64,000 bases of DNA from Macrostomum lignano (Eukaryota): the NCBI GenBank assembly GCA_002269645.1, contig NIVC01000543.1, positions 124,001 through 188,000 on the forward strand, read 5' to 3'. This document shows, piece after piece, positions 1 through 12,474 of the stretch. Position numbers and translations under genes: made by a program. Within the stretch, counting starts at the first letter, position 1; every line of letters begins with the position of its first letter. Below the pieces are notes generated by a model. The model saw only the letters and a program-made list of their open reading frames with translations, made no database searches and had not been told where the DNA came from.

Positions 1-3000
1 GCTGGCAGACCGTTGCCAGGCAGTCGCAACTGCCGGTCTGGCGCAGCTGGCGCACACAGATGCAGATGGCGCAGAAGGTGCCGGTGCGGCCCAGCCCGGC
101 GCTGCAATGGACGATGATCGGCGGTGGAAGGGACAGGCAGCTCTCGGCCAGGGAGAGCATGGAAGCCGAGCTGTCCGGCGACAGGTGGTCCGGCCAGTTG
201 CGGAACCAGTAGTGCTGCAGGCTGAGCGCTGAATCCTCGGAAGGATGGTCCGCGTGCTGCGCGAGCAGGAAGGGAGGCGAAATGGGGAGATACCAGCAGG
301 GAGATGACAGGGGATGTAGGGAGAGGACAGGGGAGGTAGGGAGATGACAGGGGAGGTAGGGAGATGACAGGGGGTAGGGAGATGACAGGGGAGGTAGGGA
401 GATGACAGGGGAGGTAGGGAGATGACAGGGGAGGTAGGGAGATGACAGGCGAGGTAGGGAGATGACAGGGGAGGTAGGGAGATGACAGGGGAGGTAGGGA
501 GATGACAGGGGAGGTAGGGAGATGACAGGGGAGGTAGGGAGATGACAGGGGAGGTAGGGAGATGACAGGGGAGGTAGGGAGATGACAGGGGAGGTAGGGA
601 GATGACAGGGGAGGTAGGGAGATGACAGGGGAGGTAGGGAGATGACAGGGGAGGTAGGGAGATGACAGGGGAGGTAGGGAGATGACAGGGGAGGTAGGGA
701 GAGGACAGGGAAGGTAGGGAGAGGACAGGGGAGGTAGGGAGATGACAGGGGAGGTAGGGAGAGGACAGGGGAGGTAGGGAGAGGACAGGGGAGGTAGGGA
801 GAGGACAGGGGAGGTAGAGGACGGAGGCAGAGACAAGGAGAGAACATGGGAGGTGATGATGGGACAGAAACTTAGAGGTGGAACAGGGAAGAAGGCAGAA
901 AACATGGGTAAAGTTGAGAACATGGGACACTGGCCAATAACACTCACAGTAAGCCGCAGCAGCCTGCGCTGATATCCTGCTGGGCAATCCTGCAGCTCTT
1001 CTAGCACGGTCTCCAGCTGGCCGTGCCGCATTCGATCGCCACAGTGCAGCGGAAAGTACAGGTGGCACTTGGGTCGCTCCCGCTCCACCAAGTCGGTCAG
1101 CATGACTATTGCGCTGGGTCGCTGCTCCCAAATCATCTGCCAGAAGTCCGTCACCGTGTCCGCCAGGGGACCCTACGCGGGAAAATAGGGAAGGCAAGAT
1201 TTGCTTTCAAATTTCCTTGACTTTGATAAACAAACTTAGACTGCTCATCGAAACGATCATATAGACAACAGACCTGCGTAGCAATGAAGCACTTTTCCGC
1301 GCGGAATGCGCCCCGCAGGAAATTGGCATTGATGTACTCGTCCTGCCGAATGGTGACCCGGGTGTCCGCATTAGGCACCATGGTCGGGTAGCGATTCTTT
1401 GGCGCCGCGCCCTCTGGCAGGTCGCACCGGCCAGCGTGGTGCATCGGTACATCCCAGAACTCCTTGAACAGCGCCTGCGGACTGGGGTTGGCGGCCAGCA
1501 GGTCTGCGGGCACCAGAGGCCGGCTCAGCGACTTCAGCAGGTCCCGCTCTTGGGCTCGCTCTGCCAAAGCCGATGGCTGCAGCGGCTGATGCAGCGGCTG
1601 CTGGCTGGAGGAGCCCAGCGAGATCGTGAGGCTGGCGGAGGAGCCGCGCCTGGATCCCAGCAACCCCTTGCCGGCCTGACGGCCCGAGGACCGGCTGGGC
1701 TGCGGTGCTCCCGCCGCGAATCCAGAAGGGCCAGCGGCACACACTGGCGGCTGCACCGGCCGCTCGATCAGTGCCGGTGGCTCCAACGGCGGCATCGAAG
1801 CGCTGACGGCAGCTGCCGCAGCCGCAGCGGATGAGGCAGCTGTCGGGCCTGACGACTGCGGCAGTGCGGACGACAGCGAGGACTTTCGCTTGCGGCGACA
1901 GCAGCAGAACCACTGGCGTTGGGTTGACAATTGGGGTGGCTGCTGTGAGCAGGAGAGCGCATGAGAACAGTGGCACCAGACAGCTTTGTGTGTGCGACAC
2001 GGCACCAGGTTGATTGTGAGCAAGAAATTTATTGTAGCCGATGGAGACTCAATTTTCAGATATTTGGCACATCGGAAATCTCAGTAATAAACCTGAATCT
2101 CACAAGGGAGTTTTTTACCGTAAAAGCCACACGTACATTGACGTGTTGAGTACTTCCGACTTGAAATTATGCCTGCTGTAAATATGTGCGATAAAAGTTA
2201 GGCGACTAGTTGGAACTTCCACTAAGCGGCGCTGCATCCAGATGCTGTAAATTTATGCTGCAAAATGAAACACTTGCACAAAATATGAATATGAAATATA
2301 TGACTTGTACCGGAACTTCTGAAAGAATGCAACTCAAATGATCTTCTCTACTTCATATAAGCTGGATGGCTTGCCTCAACTCGGCAATCACTTCTTAGAA
2401 GCTAAGAACATCTGTTTACTTAATTAAAAAGGCCTGCAGACAGACGGACGGCATAAACACAGACTACTTTACACTCAGTAACTTCCAGGCCGGGGTCGGT
2501 TTTAGAATCTTTTCATTTGTTTCAATGCGTCCTCAGCTCAGCCTGGACGGGCAAAAACCGGAGAGGATCCGGGAATGCGAGCTGCAACTCAAAGCGCATG
2601 CAAGCGGCTTATCAGAAATTCATGAACTCGTAACACATAAACACATGCAGGTCAGTACGCCATCGTCAAGTTCTGCACATTATCATCTGCAGTCCTGCAC
2701 GCCATCATCTGCAGTCCTGCACGCCATCACTACAGTTTTGCACACTATCATCTAACAGCTCAGCATGCTATCATCTGCAGTCCTGCACGCCATCACTACA
2801 GTTTTGCACACTATCATCTGCAGTCCTGCACGCCATCACTACAGTTTTGCACATTATCATCTACAGTTCAGCACACTATAATCTACAATTCAGCACACTA
2901 TCATCTACAGTTCAGCACACTATAATCTACAGTTCAGCACACTATAATCTACAGCTCAGCACACTATAATCTACAGTTCAGCACACTATAATCTACAGTT

Positions 3001-5213
3001 CAGCACGCTATAATCTACAGTTCAGCACACTATAATCTACAGTTCAGCACACTATAATCTACAGTTCAGCACGCTATAATCTACAGTTCAGCACGCTATA
3101 ATCTACAGCTCAGCACATTATCATCTGCAGGTCAGCTCGCTATAATCTACAGTTCAGCACACTATAATCTACAGTTCAGCACGCTATCATCTGCAGGTCA
3201 GCACGCTATAATCTACAATTCAGCACGCTATCATCTGCAGGTCAGCACGCTATAATCTACAGTTCATCACACTATAATCTACAGTTCAGCACACTATAAT
3301 CTACAGTTCAGCACACTATAATCTACAGTTCAGCACACTATAATCTACAGTTCAGCACGCTATTATCTGCAGGTCAGCACACTATAATCTACAGTTCAGC
3401 ACACTATAATCTACAGGTCAGCACGCTATCATCTGCAGGTCAGCACACTATAATCTACAGTTCAGCACACTATAATCTACAGTTCAGCACACTATAATCT
3501 ACAGTTCAGCACGCTATCATCTGCAGGTCAGCACGCTATAATCTACAATTCAGCACGCTATCGTCTGCAGGTCAGCACGCTATAATCTACAGTTCAGCAC
3601 ACTATAATCTACAGTTCAGCACACTATAATCTACAATTCAGCACGCTATCATCTGCAGGTCAGCACGCTATAATCTACAGTTCAGCACGCTATCATCTAC
3701 AGGTCAGCACGCTATCATCTGCAGGTCAGCACGCTATAATCTACAGTTCAGCACGCTATCATCTACAGGTCAGCACGCTATCATCTGCATTTAAGTAAAA
3801 ACTCACCAGAGAGTGACAAAGAGGATTATGTCTTATCCGGTGGCGCTTGAGGCCGCTCATCATCAGTATGAGGGCAGGTGGGCAAAAGTATTCAGAACAG
3901 CGAGAATAGCACAGCCAATAACACAAGACGCATTTGCAGCAATATTTATACAAGATGACGCGCCCAATAAGCCCGAGTTTAAGCCTACAGCACAGACAGG
4001 TACAGCAGACCAAGGGAGGCGGCTATCACTGCTAAGTGAACACAGAGAGACAAATAAAGTCATCAAAGTCACCAAAATTGGAGCAAGGAATACCTCGGAA
4101 ACCCAGGAAATCCAGACTAAAAAGGCTGGCAATATAATTTACTGTTCAGTGTGCTGTTCAACTGAACACTGGCGCTAATAGCATTTCAGTGCGCGTAAAG
4201 GCAGGTCACGGGTTCACGAAGGACAGTTTTAACATAGTATCGAAGCGTGTAAGTTAATTTTTCACACAAACCACCAAATATCTGCTAACACAATTTGGGA
4301 CATGAGACTGATACCTGCTCACAACTCATGCAGATACTCCAAACAATAGCAACCCGCAGTACATTAATTTATTTCCGTAGTATACGAATATATTCCCACA
4401 GTATATAGATTCATACCCACAGTACATAAATTCATACCCACAGTACACGATTTTTAGTACATAGGAAATCCATGCCCACACTAGATGAATCCATTTCCAG
4501 AGTACATGAATCCATTCCCACAATACATGAATCCATTCCCACAGTACATGAATCCATTCCCAAAGTACATGAATCCATTCCCACAGTACGAGTCCATTCC
4601 CACAGTACATGAATCCATTCCCACAGTACATGAATCCATTCCCACAGTACATGAATCCATTCCCATAGTACACGAATCCATTCCTACTCAGTACGTGAAT
4701 CCATTCCCACAGTACATGAATCCATTCCCACAATACATGAATCCATTCCCATAGTACACGAATCCATTCCCACAGTACATGAATCCATTCCCAAAGTACA
4801 TGAATCCATTCCCACAGTACGAGTCCATTCCCACAGTACATGAATCCATTCCCACAGTACATGAATCCATTCCCACAGTACATGAATCCATTCCCATAGT
4901 ACACGAATCCATTCCTACTCAGTACGTGAATCCATTCCCACAGTACATGAATCCATTCCCACAATACATGAATCCATTCCCATAGTACACGAATCCATTC
5001 CCACAGTACATGAATTCATTCCCACAGTACATGAATCCATTCCCACAGTACATGAATCCATTCCCACAGTACATGAAAGCTCACCAGCAGCAGAATGATG
5101 GCCAAAAGCAGCAACGCCGAGGCTACGGCCAGCACGGGCGCCAACCATGACGGGGGCTGCCAGGCGCGGCCAGCAGCCGCCGGTGAGGCCCCATCGGCTG
5201 ATGCCAGTCGCAT
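1..5213 (-). CDS. KIM-motif, membrane-anchored classical protein tyrosine phosphatase (PTPRR/PTPN5/PTPN7-like); exons 5085-5213, 1274-1912, 948-1172, <1-256; 3' end lies outside the window
   Basis: Manual splicing at GT-AG sites gives all phase-0 joins. Product: TM segment VLAVASALLLLAIILLL|WFCCCRRKRK, KIM GLLGSRRGSSASLTISL, KNRYPTMVPN, YINANF, FIATQ|GP, DFWQMIWEQ, WPDH loop and P-loop IIVHCSAGLGRTGTF. The start at ATG 5213 is the least certain part. Confidence 0.9.
299..817 (+). repeat. 20-bp G-rich minisatellite (GGGAGATGACAGGGGAGGTA), about 26 copies, in PTP intron
   Basis: Head-to-tail units read directly; lies inside intron 257-947. Confidence 0.95.
2646..3789 (+). repeat. 22-bp minisatellite (CACACTATAATCTACAGTTCAG / CACGCTATCATCTGCAGGTCAG), about 50 copies
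   Basis: Two interspersed unit variants read directly; inside PTP intron 1913-5084. Confidence 0.93.
4470..5076 (+). repeat. 21-bp minisatellite (CATGAATCCATTCCCACAGTA) with a 231-bp higher-order duplication
   Basis: Variant units GAGTCC and CCTACTCAGTACGTG recur 231 bp apart. The array starts a few bases inside the PTP donor at 5084. Confidence 0.93.
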
Positions 5214-5869
5214 GTCTAGCAGCCTGGGCGGCGAGTCCAGCAGCTACTCGCTCGTCGGCAGCGGCGGCTGCGCTTCAACAGAGGCCGAAAAGACGGCGGC
5301 TGGAACGCATCGGGAAACGGGCTGGGCGCTTTTAAGATTATCATGGCAAAGGCCAGCCAGTCGAAGTTGAATTTGTAACTCCGGGGCCCCAGGGAACCAT
5401 AGAAACAAGCAATTTTTAAAGTTTGTAATTTGGCTAAGATAAATCCAGTGAAGTTTGGCACCAGAACATTCCAGTTGGATGGCTTGAAGTCAGTGCTTTG
5501 CAAAACTGATGCTAAGCATATAGACAGGTCTGAGGACTGTGAAGGGACTGAAGGGCAGACCGGACTTGACCAGACTGCCGGGCGACTCAAATGTACGCTC
5601 AGTGGGGACTGAGGAGATTAAGGCGCCTGGTTTCTTAATAAGGTCGCCGCAATCGCTACTCGCAAATTGGCACTGCGAAGATGAGAATCCGGGGACGTCG
5701 GGCGCAGAAATGTAAACACAGAACCGAGTACGACACCGCGATTTCGCCTAAGCCTAAGCTTATCTCGATAGGAAACTGCTGAACTCTCGCGAGCCTGGGT
5801 GACGCATGGGAAACTGGGGAAACTGTGTATATAGCAGAGGGCACTGCTTACATTTGGCAAATCCATTTC

Positions 5870-6106
5870 TGCTGCGGGCTGGCTTCTGCCCGAGCAGATT
5901 GAACTTTAATTTGTAATTGCCATAGACAAGTTTATTTGCCTGTACTGCGATTAGTTGGCGCAAGTGTCAAAGAGCCTTCGTGACAAAAAATAGAAATACA
6001 TAAGTATTCAAGAAGACTCTGATAAGAGCAACGGCTGCAAGAGCCGAGAGTGCACGGCACACAACTTGCGTAAATATAACGCAATACAAAAGACAGACTT
6101 GTAACA
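5870..6106 (+). repeat. 5' LTR (237 bp)
   Basis: Matches the 3' LTR except that the 3' copy lacks 12 bp and 2 bp; begins TGCTG, ends TAACA. Confidence 0.96.
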
Positions 6107-6107
6107 G

Positions 6108-6125
6108 TGGCGTCGCAAGCAGGAT
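6108..6125 (+). promoter_or_regulatory. Primer-binding site, probably tRNA-Ser
   Basis: TGGCGTCGCAAGCAGGAT is complementary to ATCCTGC-N7-G-CCA. A G73 discriminator with a CCTGC T-stem is typical of serine tRNAs (inferred). Confidence 0.7.
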
Positions 6126-9100
6126 GAAGAGCGGTGTGAAACAACCGTCGGCTACTGACAAGTCTCCTGCTTCGCCGCTCAAACACGCCAAAATGGTGGT
6201 GATGGCGGATGCTGAAGCACAAAGTCAGCCAATAAAAGGCTCGGATGGACCAGCCCGTGCGGTAGCTGGAGCTATGGAAATCGAGCGCCTGGAGTTAGGA
6301 AACAACTACTCCCGGTGGCTGGACAGATTTACAATCGTCGCGAAGTTCTACAGATGGGACTCGACGGCGAAGGCTCAGATGCTTCTGATGCGTCTCTCGA
6401 CAGCATTGTACGACACGCTAGCAGATCAAGCTTCTCCGAAGAAACCAAGTGAGTTGTCTTACTCGGAGATAGAAACAGCTCTGACAAGCATCCTGGTCCC
6501 AGCTACGTTTGTTCTGGCGGAAAGATACTCTTTCCAGCTGTGCTCTCGAAAGTCAGGGGAAAGCGTTCGCACATATGCGGAGCGAGTCCTCAAGGCTGCG
6601 GAGAAGTGCGAATTTATAAACAAGGACGAGCGTCTGAGAGACCAATTTATTTGCGGACTGGCTGACCAAAACGTCATCGGCAAGCTGCTGGTCAAGGACC
6701 ATCTGAGGCTCAGCTTCAAGGAGGCAGTTGCTGAGGCTGAAGCACATTCAGCATTAGTCTCAACGGACATCATGAAGAGTGCCCCGAAATCTGAAAATTC
6801 TGGGATAATGAGCATTGGAATGTTAAAATCGTCATCAAAACCGCGGATCAAGGGAGTGAATCGACAACAGTCACAGACTCAAAGCTCATCAAAATGCTTG
6901 CGCTGTGGAACAAGCCACGGAAAAGACGCGTGTCCAGCTTATGGAAAGACATGTCGTAAGTGTGGGAAGCAGAACCATTTTCAGAAAATGTGCCGCTCAA
7001 AGTTTGTTGTCCCGAACCAGAAAAACACAGCTGCAGTTCAGCACTTAGACGAGCACTCGCAGTCAGATCATGTCTTCATGGTTGGTGCAACTTCAAGGCA
7101 ACCTTTGTCTACGGATGCAGTCACAGTGACCCTTGACTTCATATCATCAAGTGATAAGGTATCAATTCCGTGCCAGGTGGATACTGGGGCAGCAGTTTCA
7201 GTTATGTCTGACCGGGTCTGGAAGCAAATCGGCACCCCTGAACTGCAGCCTAGCAGCATCACTTTGACAGGATATACCGACGCGCATCAATTCAAAATGT
7301 TGGGCCATTTCATCAGCAAAGTGAGTTACCAAGGAAAAGTGCACCGAATACCATTCAAAGTGGTTCGTTCTGATCGATCGTTTGCTCTACTCGGCAGGGA
7401 CATTTTGACCATAGAAATAGATTTCAGCAAGGCTGATGGAAGCGAAGCGACTAGAGTATTCAGAGCGAGACTAGAATTGATTCCGGATGCTCAGCCAAAG
7501 TACATCAAGGCACGGTCGATCCCTTTTGCCTATAAAGATCGATTGAAAGATGAGATTGACAAGTTGCTAGCTGAGGGAATCATTGAGCCAGTGACTTTTT
7601 CTCAATGGGCCTCACCAATTGTCATCGTTCCTAAGGCTGATGGTAGGCTGAGACTCTGTGTGGACTACAAGCAAACATTGAATCCACAGCTCATGAAGGA
7701 CAGTCATCCAACACCGACCCCGGAAGAAGCTTTCAGTACAGTAGCAGGATGCCGAATGTACACCATCTTGGACTTAAAAGCAGCGTACAACCAGGTGGAA
7801 TTGGAGGACTCAAAGCCTCTCACGGTCATGTCTACACCTTTCGGCAACTACCAGTACAACCGTCTGGTGTTTGGGATACGGACTGCTCCGAGTATTTTCC
7901 AGCGCTACATCAGTCAGGTCATACAGGATGTTGATGGTGCAATTGCCTACGTCGATGACATTTTAATTGGTGGTGAGTCAGAGAAGCAGCTTAAGGATCG
8001 TGAGAGTCAAGTGCGAGAGCGTCTGGAACAACATGGCCTCAAGGTCAACGAAGAGAAATGCCAGATTTGTCAGTCTCGGGTTCGCTTTCTCGGGTTTATC
8101 CTGGACAATGGCATGATCCTGCCCGACCCGGAGAAAGTGAGAGCCCTGCAAGAAATGGAGACTCCCAAGACGATGGCAGAACTAGAATCGCTCATCGGAC
8201 TCGTCAGGTTCAGTGGCTGGTTTGTGCCCAATCTGTCGCACTACCTGGAGCCGTTGACTCGATTAATGCGCGGCAGAAGAGAATTCCAATGGGATTCTGA
8301 GCAAGATGAAGCTTTTCAGCGTATCAAGTCCATGCTGACAGAAGATTCAGCTCTGGCTAATTACGACCCCAAGAAACCTGTGGCTCTGGAGTGTGATGCT
8401 TCCCAAAAAGGACTGGGCGGAGTTCTGATTCAAGACAACAGACCGGTTTTGTACATCAGCAAGAGGTTATCAGAAGCCGAGAAGAAGTATTCTCAGATCG
8501 AAAGAGAGGCCCTTGCAATTGTCTGGTCAACTCAGAGGTGTCAGCGGTTCTTAGCGGGACGTCATTTCAAGCTGATCACGGATCACAGACCATTAACCTA
8601 CATCTTTGGGCCGAACGAGGGCTTGCCTACGCGCGTATCAGCACGCCTTCAAAGATGGGCCATATCGCTAATGGCTTTTGACTACACCATCGAGTATCAA
8701 CGGTCGCAGCTTATGAAATCAGACGCTCTGTCCCGGTTGCTTAACAACGAGACGGCTCGGACGTATACAATCGGGAGCATCCAACTACCCTCAACGATCA
8801 TATCCATTCAAGAGGTTAGAGACCAATCACAGGATTGCCCAGAGATCGTTCTGTTAAAAAAAGCCATCCGGACGAGCAACTTTAACGACCCGAGAATCCG
8901 CCCCTACAAGGCAGTCGCGGACGAACTGACGATCGAGTCGGACGTGGTACTCCGGGAGATGCGAGTCATTCTTCCAAAGACGTTGCGGTTATCGGCAGTC
9001 CAAACGGCACACAGCACACATCTAGGCATTGACCGAACCAAGTCACTGTTAAGAGCACAATTTTGGTGGCCCGGCTTGGATCGAGATGTAAAACAACTCA

Positions 9101-9952
9101 TCGGAAATTGCAAGACGTGCAAAATGGTCAAGGCTAGCAATCGAAACTACCTAAAATCTTGGCCGACAGCAATGGACGCTGGAGAGCGCGTACATGCGGA
9201 TTTTGCGGGTCCAATAGATGGCCAATATTTGTTGGTGCTGGTGGACGCCATGTCGAACTACCCTGAGGTGCATCTGACCGCCAACATGGAGTCATCTACA
9301 GTCATCTCTAGGCTACGGAGAACTTTTTCGCAGTGGGGTGTGCCAAGGACACTTGTCACCGACAACGGCCCAAGCTTCGTCTTAGCTGAAACAACACAGT
9401 GGCTGAAAGCAATCGGGTGCAGCCATGTGACCACACCTCCATATCACCCTCAGAGCAACGGACTCGCAGAGATTTGTCCGCACAATGAAAGAATCTGTGT
9501 CAGCGTTGGGTCTGAGTCAACACAACATTGACAAGTTCCTACTGTTCTACCGATCATCCAAAGGAAACGATGGTCGCACACCGTCGGAGAAGTTTCTAGG
9601 TCGAAACATCCGGACTCCTTTGATGACAGAGTTTTCTGGAGATGACAATGTGGTGTACAGGACACAAGGAGCTACGTCACTAGCCAGAATCGTCCTGCCT
9701 ACAGGCCGCAACACGGCAATCATCAAGCTTGAGAACGGCTTGTACAAGAAGGCTCACAGAGACCAGATACAGAGCTTCAAGGGCAGCGATGACAAGGACG
9801 TTGGCCCGGAACAAGCTACCACTGGTGCTGCTGGTGAGGTCGATCACCCTCCAGCTATGCGCCCTGGAGAAGAGGAGCGGGAGCAGCAGCAGCAGCAACC
9901 CAGAAGAAGTGAAAGACTGAGGAACAGACCGACTGTGAATTATAAGGAGTGA
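6124..9952 (+). CDS. Gag-pol polyprotein (two CCHC knuckles, protease, RT, RNase H, integrase), frameshifted near 9470
   Basis: CLRCGTSHGKDAC and CRKCGKQNHFQKMC; DTGA protease; YVDD RT; CDAS RNase H; HSTH...CKTC, DFAGP, TDNGP, SNGLAE integrase. Restoring 2 bp in GCAGAGA gives AERFVRTMKES and joins ORF 9485-9952. Confidence 0.93.
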
Positions 9953-9975
9953 ACTGTAATTTTGAAGCAGGGAGG

Positions 9976-10198
9976 TGCTGCGGGCTGGCTTCTGCCCGAG
10001 CAGATTGAACTTTAATTTGTAATTGCCATAGACAAGTTTATTTGCCTGTACTGCGATTAGTTGGCGCAAGTGTCAAAGAGCCTTCGTGACAAAAAATAGA
10101 AATACATAAGTATTCAAGAAAGCAAGCTGCAAGAGCCGAGAGTGCACGGCACACAACTTGCGTAAATATAACGCAATACAAAAGACAGACTTGTAACA
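9976..10198 (+). repeat. 3' LTR (223 bp)
   Basis: Directly follows PPT GAAGCAGGGAGG and is followed by TSD ATTTC. Confidence 0.96.
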
Positions 10199-11498
10199 AT
10201 TTCAATCACTGCTATCTCGCCTTCGAAACGGAAACAAAGCAGCAAAAGATTGCAAACAGCTACTTTTTGAGAAATCAAAAGAAAAACACAAAGCCTATTG
10301 GCACATGACTTCCTTCTCTAAAACGTAGCACTAAAATGTCTCCCGAATCCCGAGAGACTGTGGGGAATAAAGCAGTGGGGCAAAACAGATCGGACAATCG
10401 GATTTCAAAGAGCCAAAAAACCAGATTGAAAACGCATTGAACATCGGAGATCGAACGTGACGCGTGAACAGACAGCTGCATGGCGGACCTCGCAGCAAGC
10501 TAGTGGGCTGCTCAGCTGCAGGCTCCAAGATGTAATTCTCAACTGAACAACACACTACCTCACTGCGAGTAGTCCGCGATTCGGGCCTGATAAGCTCAGC
10601 CATTCTGGGGGCCTCCGATAGGAAAGTTGCCGGTACTGAATTCGAAGACAAGGCGGAGAATATGAGGCGGGCGGTCTTGCTGGGCTTTCTTATTTACTTC
10701 TGCCGACCACAAAAAGCGACTGCCCCAAGCCCTCAACGAGCCTCGGTTGGCTGTCTGGCTGCACAGGGACAGGGACAGGGATTTAGTTTAGCTCAGATGG
10801 TACAGTATTTCTGTATGTGAATGATTTAGGATAGTAAGATGTTACAGATATGGTCAGGAAACCCAAGCAGCCAACAAAACCAATCGAGTGCAGGCAGCTT
10901 TTGACTAACAGGTTTGAGAAGGGAGAGCTTCAGAGTGAATGGAGGGTTGAGCCTTTGAGTATTAGTAATTTAATTTATTGCTGAAAATTATTAAACTTAG
11001 GAAAATTGAAAAATGGAAACATGTGGGATGCTGGGAATGCATGTTTATTGCTAGAGATCAAATTGAAATTGTTATAGAAAACCAATGCATGAGTATAGAG
11101 AGAACATATTAGAACTTTGATGAAATTTGCAAAATCTAGGTGTAAATTACAACTAGGCCAATATACATACCAATGAAAAAATTAGGATGCAAATTTGTAA
11201 CTCTGTTAAGGATTTAGATGTATCCAGAATGCACAAAAACCCAATATGATAAAAAATTTGCTAGGTACTCCTAAATAATGACTTTGCTCTTAACCCATAC
11301 ATGCGCAATTGCTGGCCGAGCTGGCCGATCCGGCCACCGTAAATTGTGGTGGACCAGGGTGAGTCGCAAAATTGAGTTGACCAAAAACGAAAAAAGCCAA
11401 GAACCAAAAAAGGCAAGAGGAAAGAGCGATACAGGGAAGTAAAATGGTGAAGCAAAAGAGAAACAAGTTGCAACAGAAGCAAATAAACTTGCACAAAT

Positions 11499-12243
11499 GA
11501 TTAGGTAAGTCGCAAAAGGAGCAACTAAGTCGCAAAAAGGATTAGGTCAAGTCGCAAAAGGATTAGATAAGTCGCAAAAAGGATTAGGTCAAGTCGCAAA
11601 AGGATTAGATAAGTCGCAAAAAGGATTAGGTAAGTCGCAAAAAGGATTAGGTAAGTCGCAAAAAGGATTAGGTAAGTCGCAAAAGGAGCAACTAAGTCGC
11701 AAAAAGGATTAGGTCAAGTTGCAAAAAGGATTAGGTAAGTCGCAAAAAGGATTAGGTCAAGTTGCAAAAAGGATTAGGTCAAGTCGCAAAAAGGATTAGG
11801 TCAAGTCGCAAAAGGATTAGGTAAGTCGCAAAAGGATTAGATAAGTCGCAAAAAGGATTAGGTCAAGTCGCAAAAGGATTAGATAAGTCGCAAAAAGGAT
11901 TAGGTCAAGTCGCAAAAGGATTAGATAAGTCGCAAAAAGGATTAGGTAAGTCGCAAAAAGGATTAGGTAAGTCGCAAAAAGGATTAGGTAAGTCGCAAAA
12001 GGAGCAACTAAGTCGCAAAAAGGATTAGGTCAAGTTGCAAAAAGGATTAGGTAAGTCGCAAAAAGGATTAGGTCAAGTTGCAAAAAGGATTAGGTAAGTC
12101 GCAAAAGGAGCAACTAAGTTGCAAAATGATTAGGCAAGTCGCAAAAGGATTAGGTAAGTCGCAAAAGGATTAGGTAAGTCGCAAAAAGGATTAGGTAAAT
12201 CGCAAAAAGATTAGGTAAGTCGGAAAAGGAGCAACTAAGTCGC
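11499..12243 (+). repeat. About 21-22-bp minisatellite (AAGTCGCAAAAAGGATTAGGT and variants)
   Basis: Tandem units with recurring variant blocks read directly. Confidence 0.9.
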
Positions 12244-12474
12244 AATCAGAGGCAATCAGGGGGTGGTAGGTGCAAGTGTGGCAGGAGAGCAAAAACAGAA
12301 TAGAAGCCTTCAACCACAGACAAGATCTTTGAAATCAGAAGCCCGCGTCAACAGTTTCCCATTGATTTCTTAAACTCTGGAGCAGGGGTTGGCAAACTCC
12401 AGCTCGCTAAGCCCCTCTATCTGGCCCTCGCCCCTCGGGTTCTTTGAAACTTCCTAACTAGCAAGATTAGTGTC

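Larger units (their letters stand above)
5870..10198 (+). mobile_element. Full-length Ty3/Gypsy LTR retrotransposon, Mag-like lineage
   Basis: TG...CA LTRs at 5870-6106 and 9976-10198; 5-bp TSD ATTTC (5865-5869, 10199-10203); PBS 6108-6125; PPT 9964-9975; single gag-pol ORF. Confidence 0.97.

Noticed and set aside
3813-4178. 121-aa + strand ORF in the PTP intron
   Set aside because: No recognisable motif and no convincing splice context; cannot be supported as a gene.
4326-4985. ORFs made of MNPFPQY/WEWIHVL repeats
   Set aside because: Translation artefacts of the 21-bp intronic minisatellite; likewise 16541-16921 (TATC), 12634-13242 (GA tract) and 62377-63079 (51-bp array).
10331-10651. 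Minus-strand ORF as an upstream PTP exon
   Set aside because: No signal peptide or domain, and no phase-compatible acceptor demonstrable near 5213.
12383-12398. hAT-like terminus CAGGGGTTGGCAAACT
   Set aside because: No partner TIR or TSD found, so no element can be delimited.
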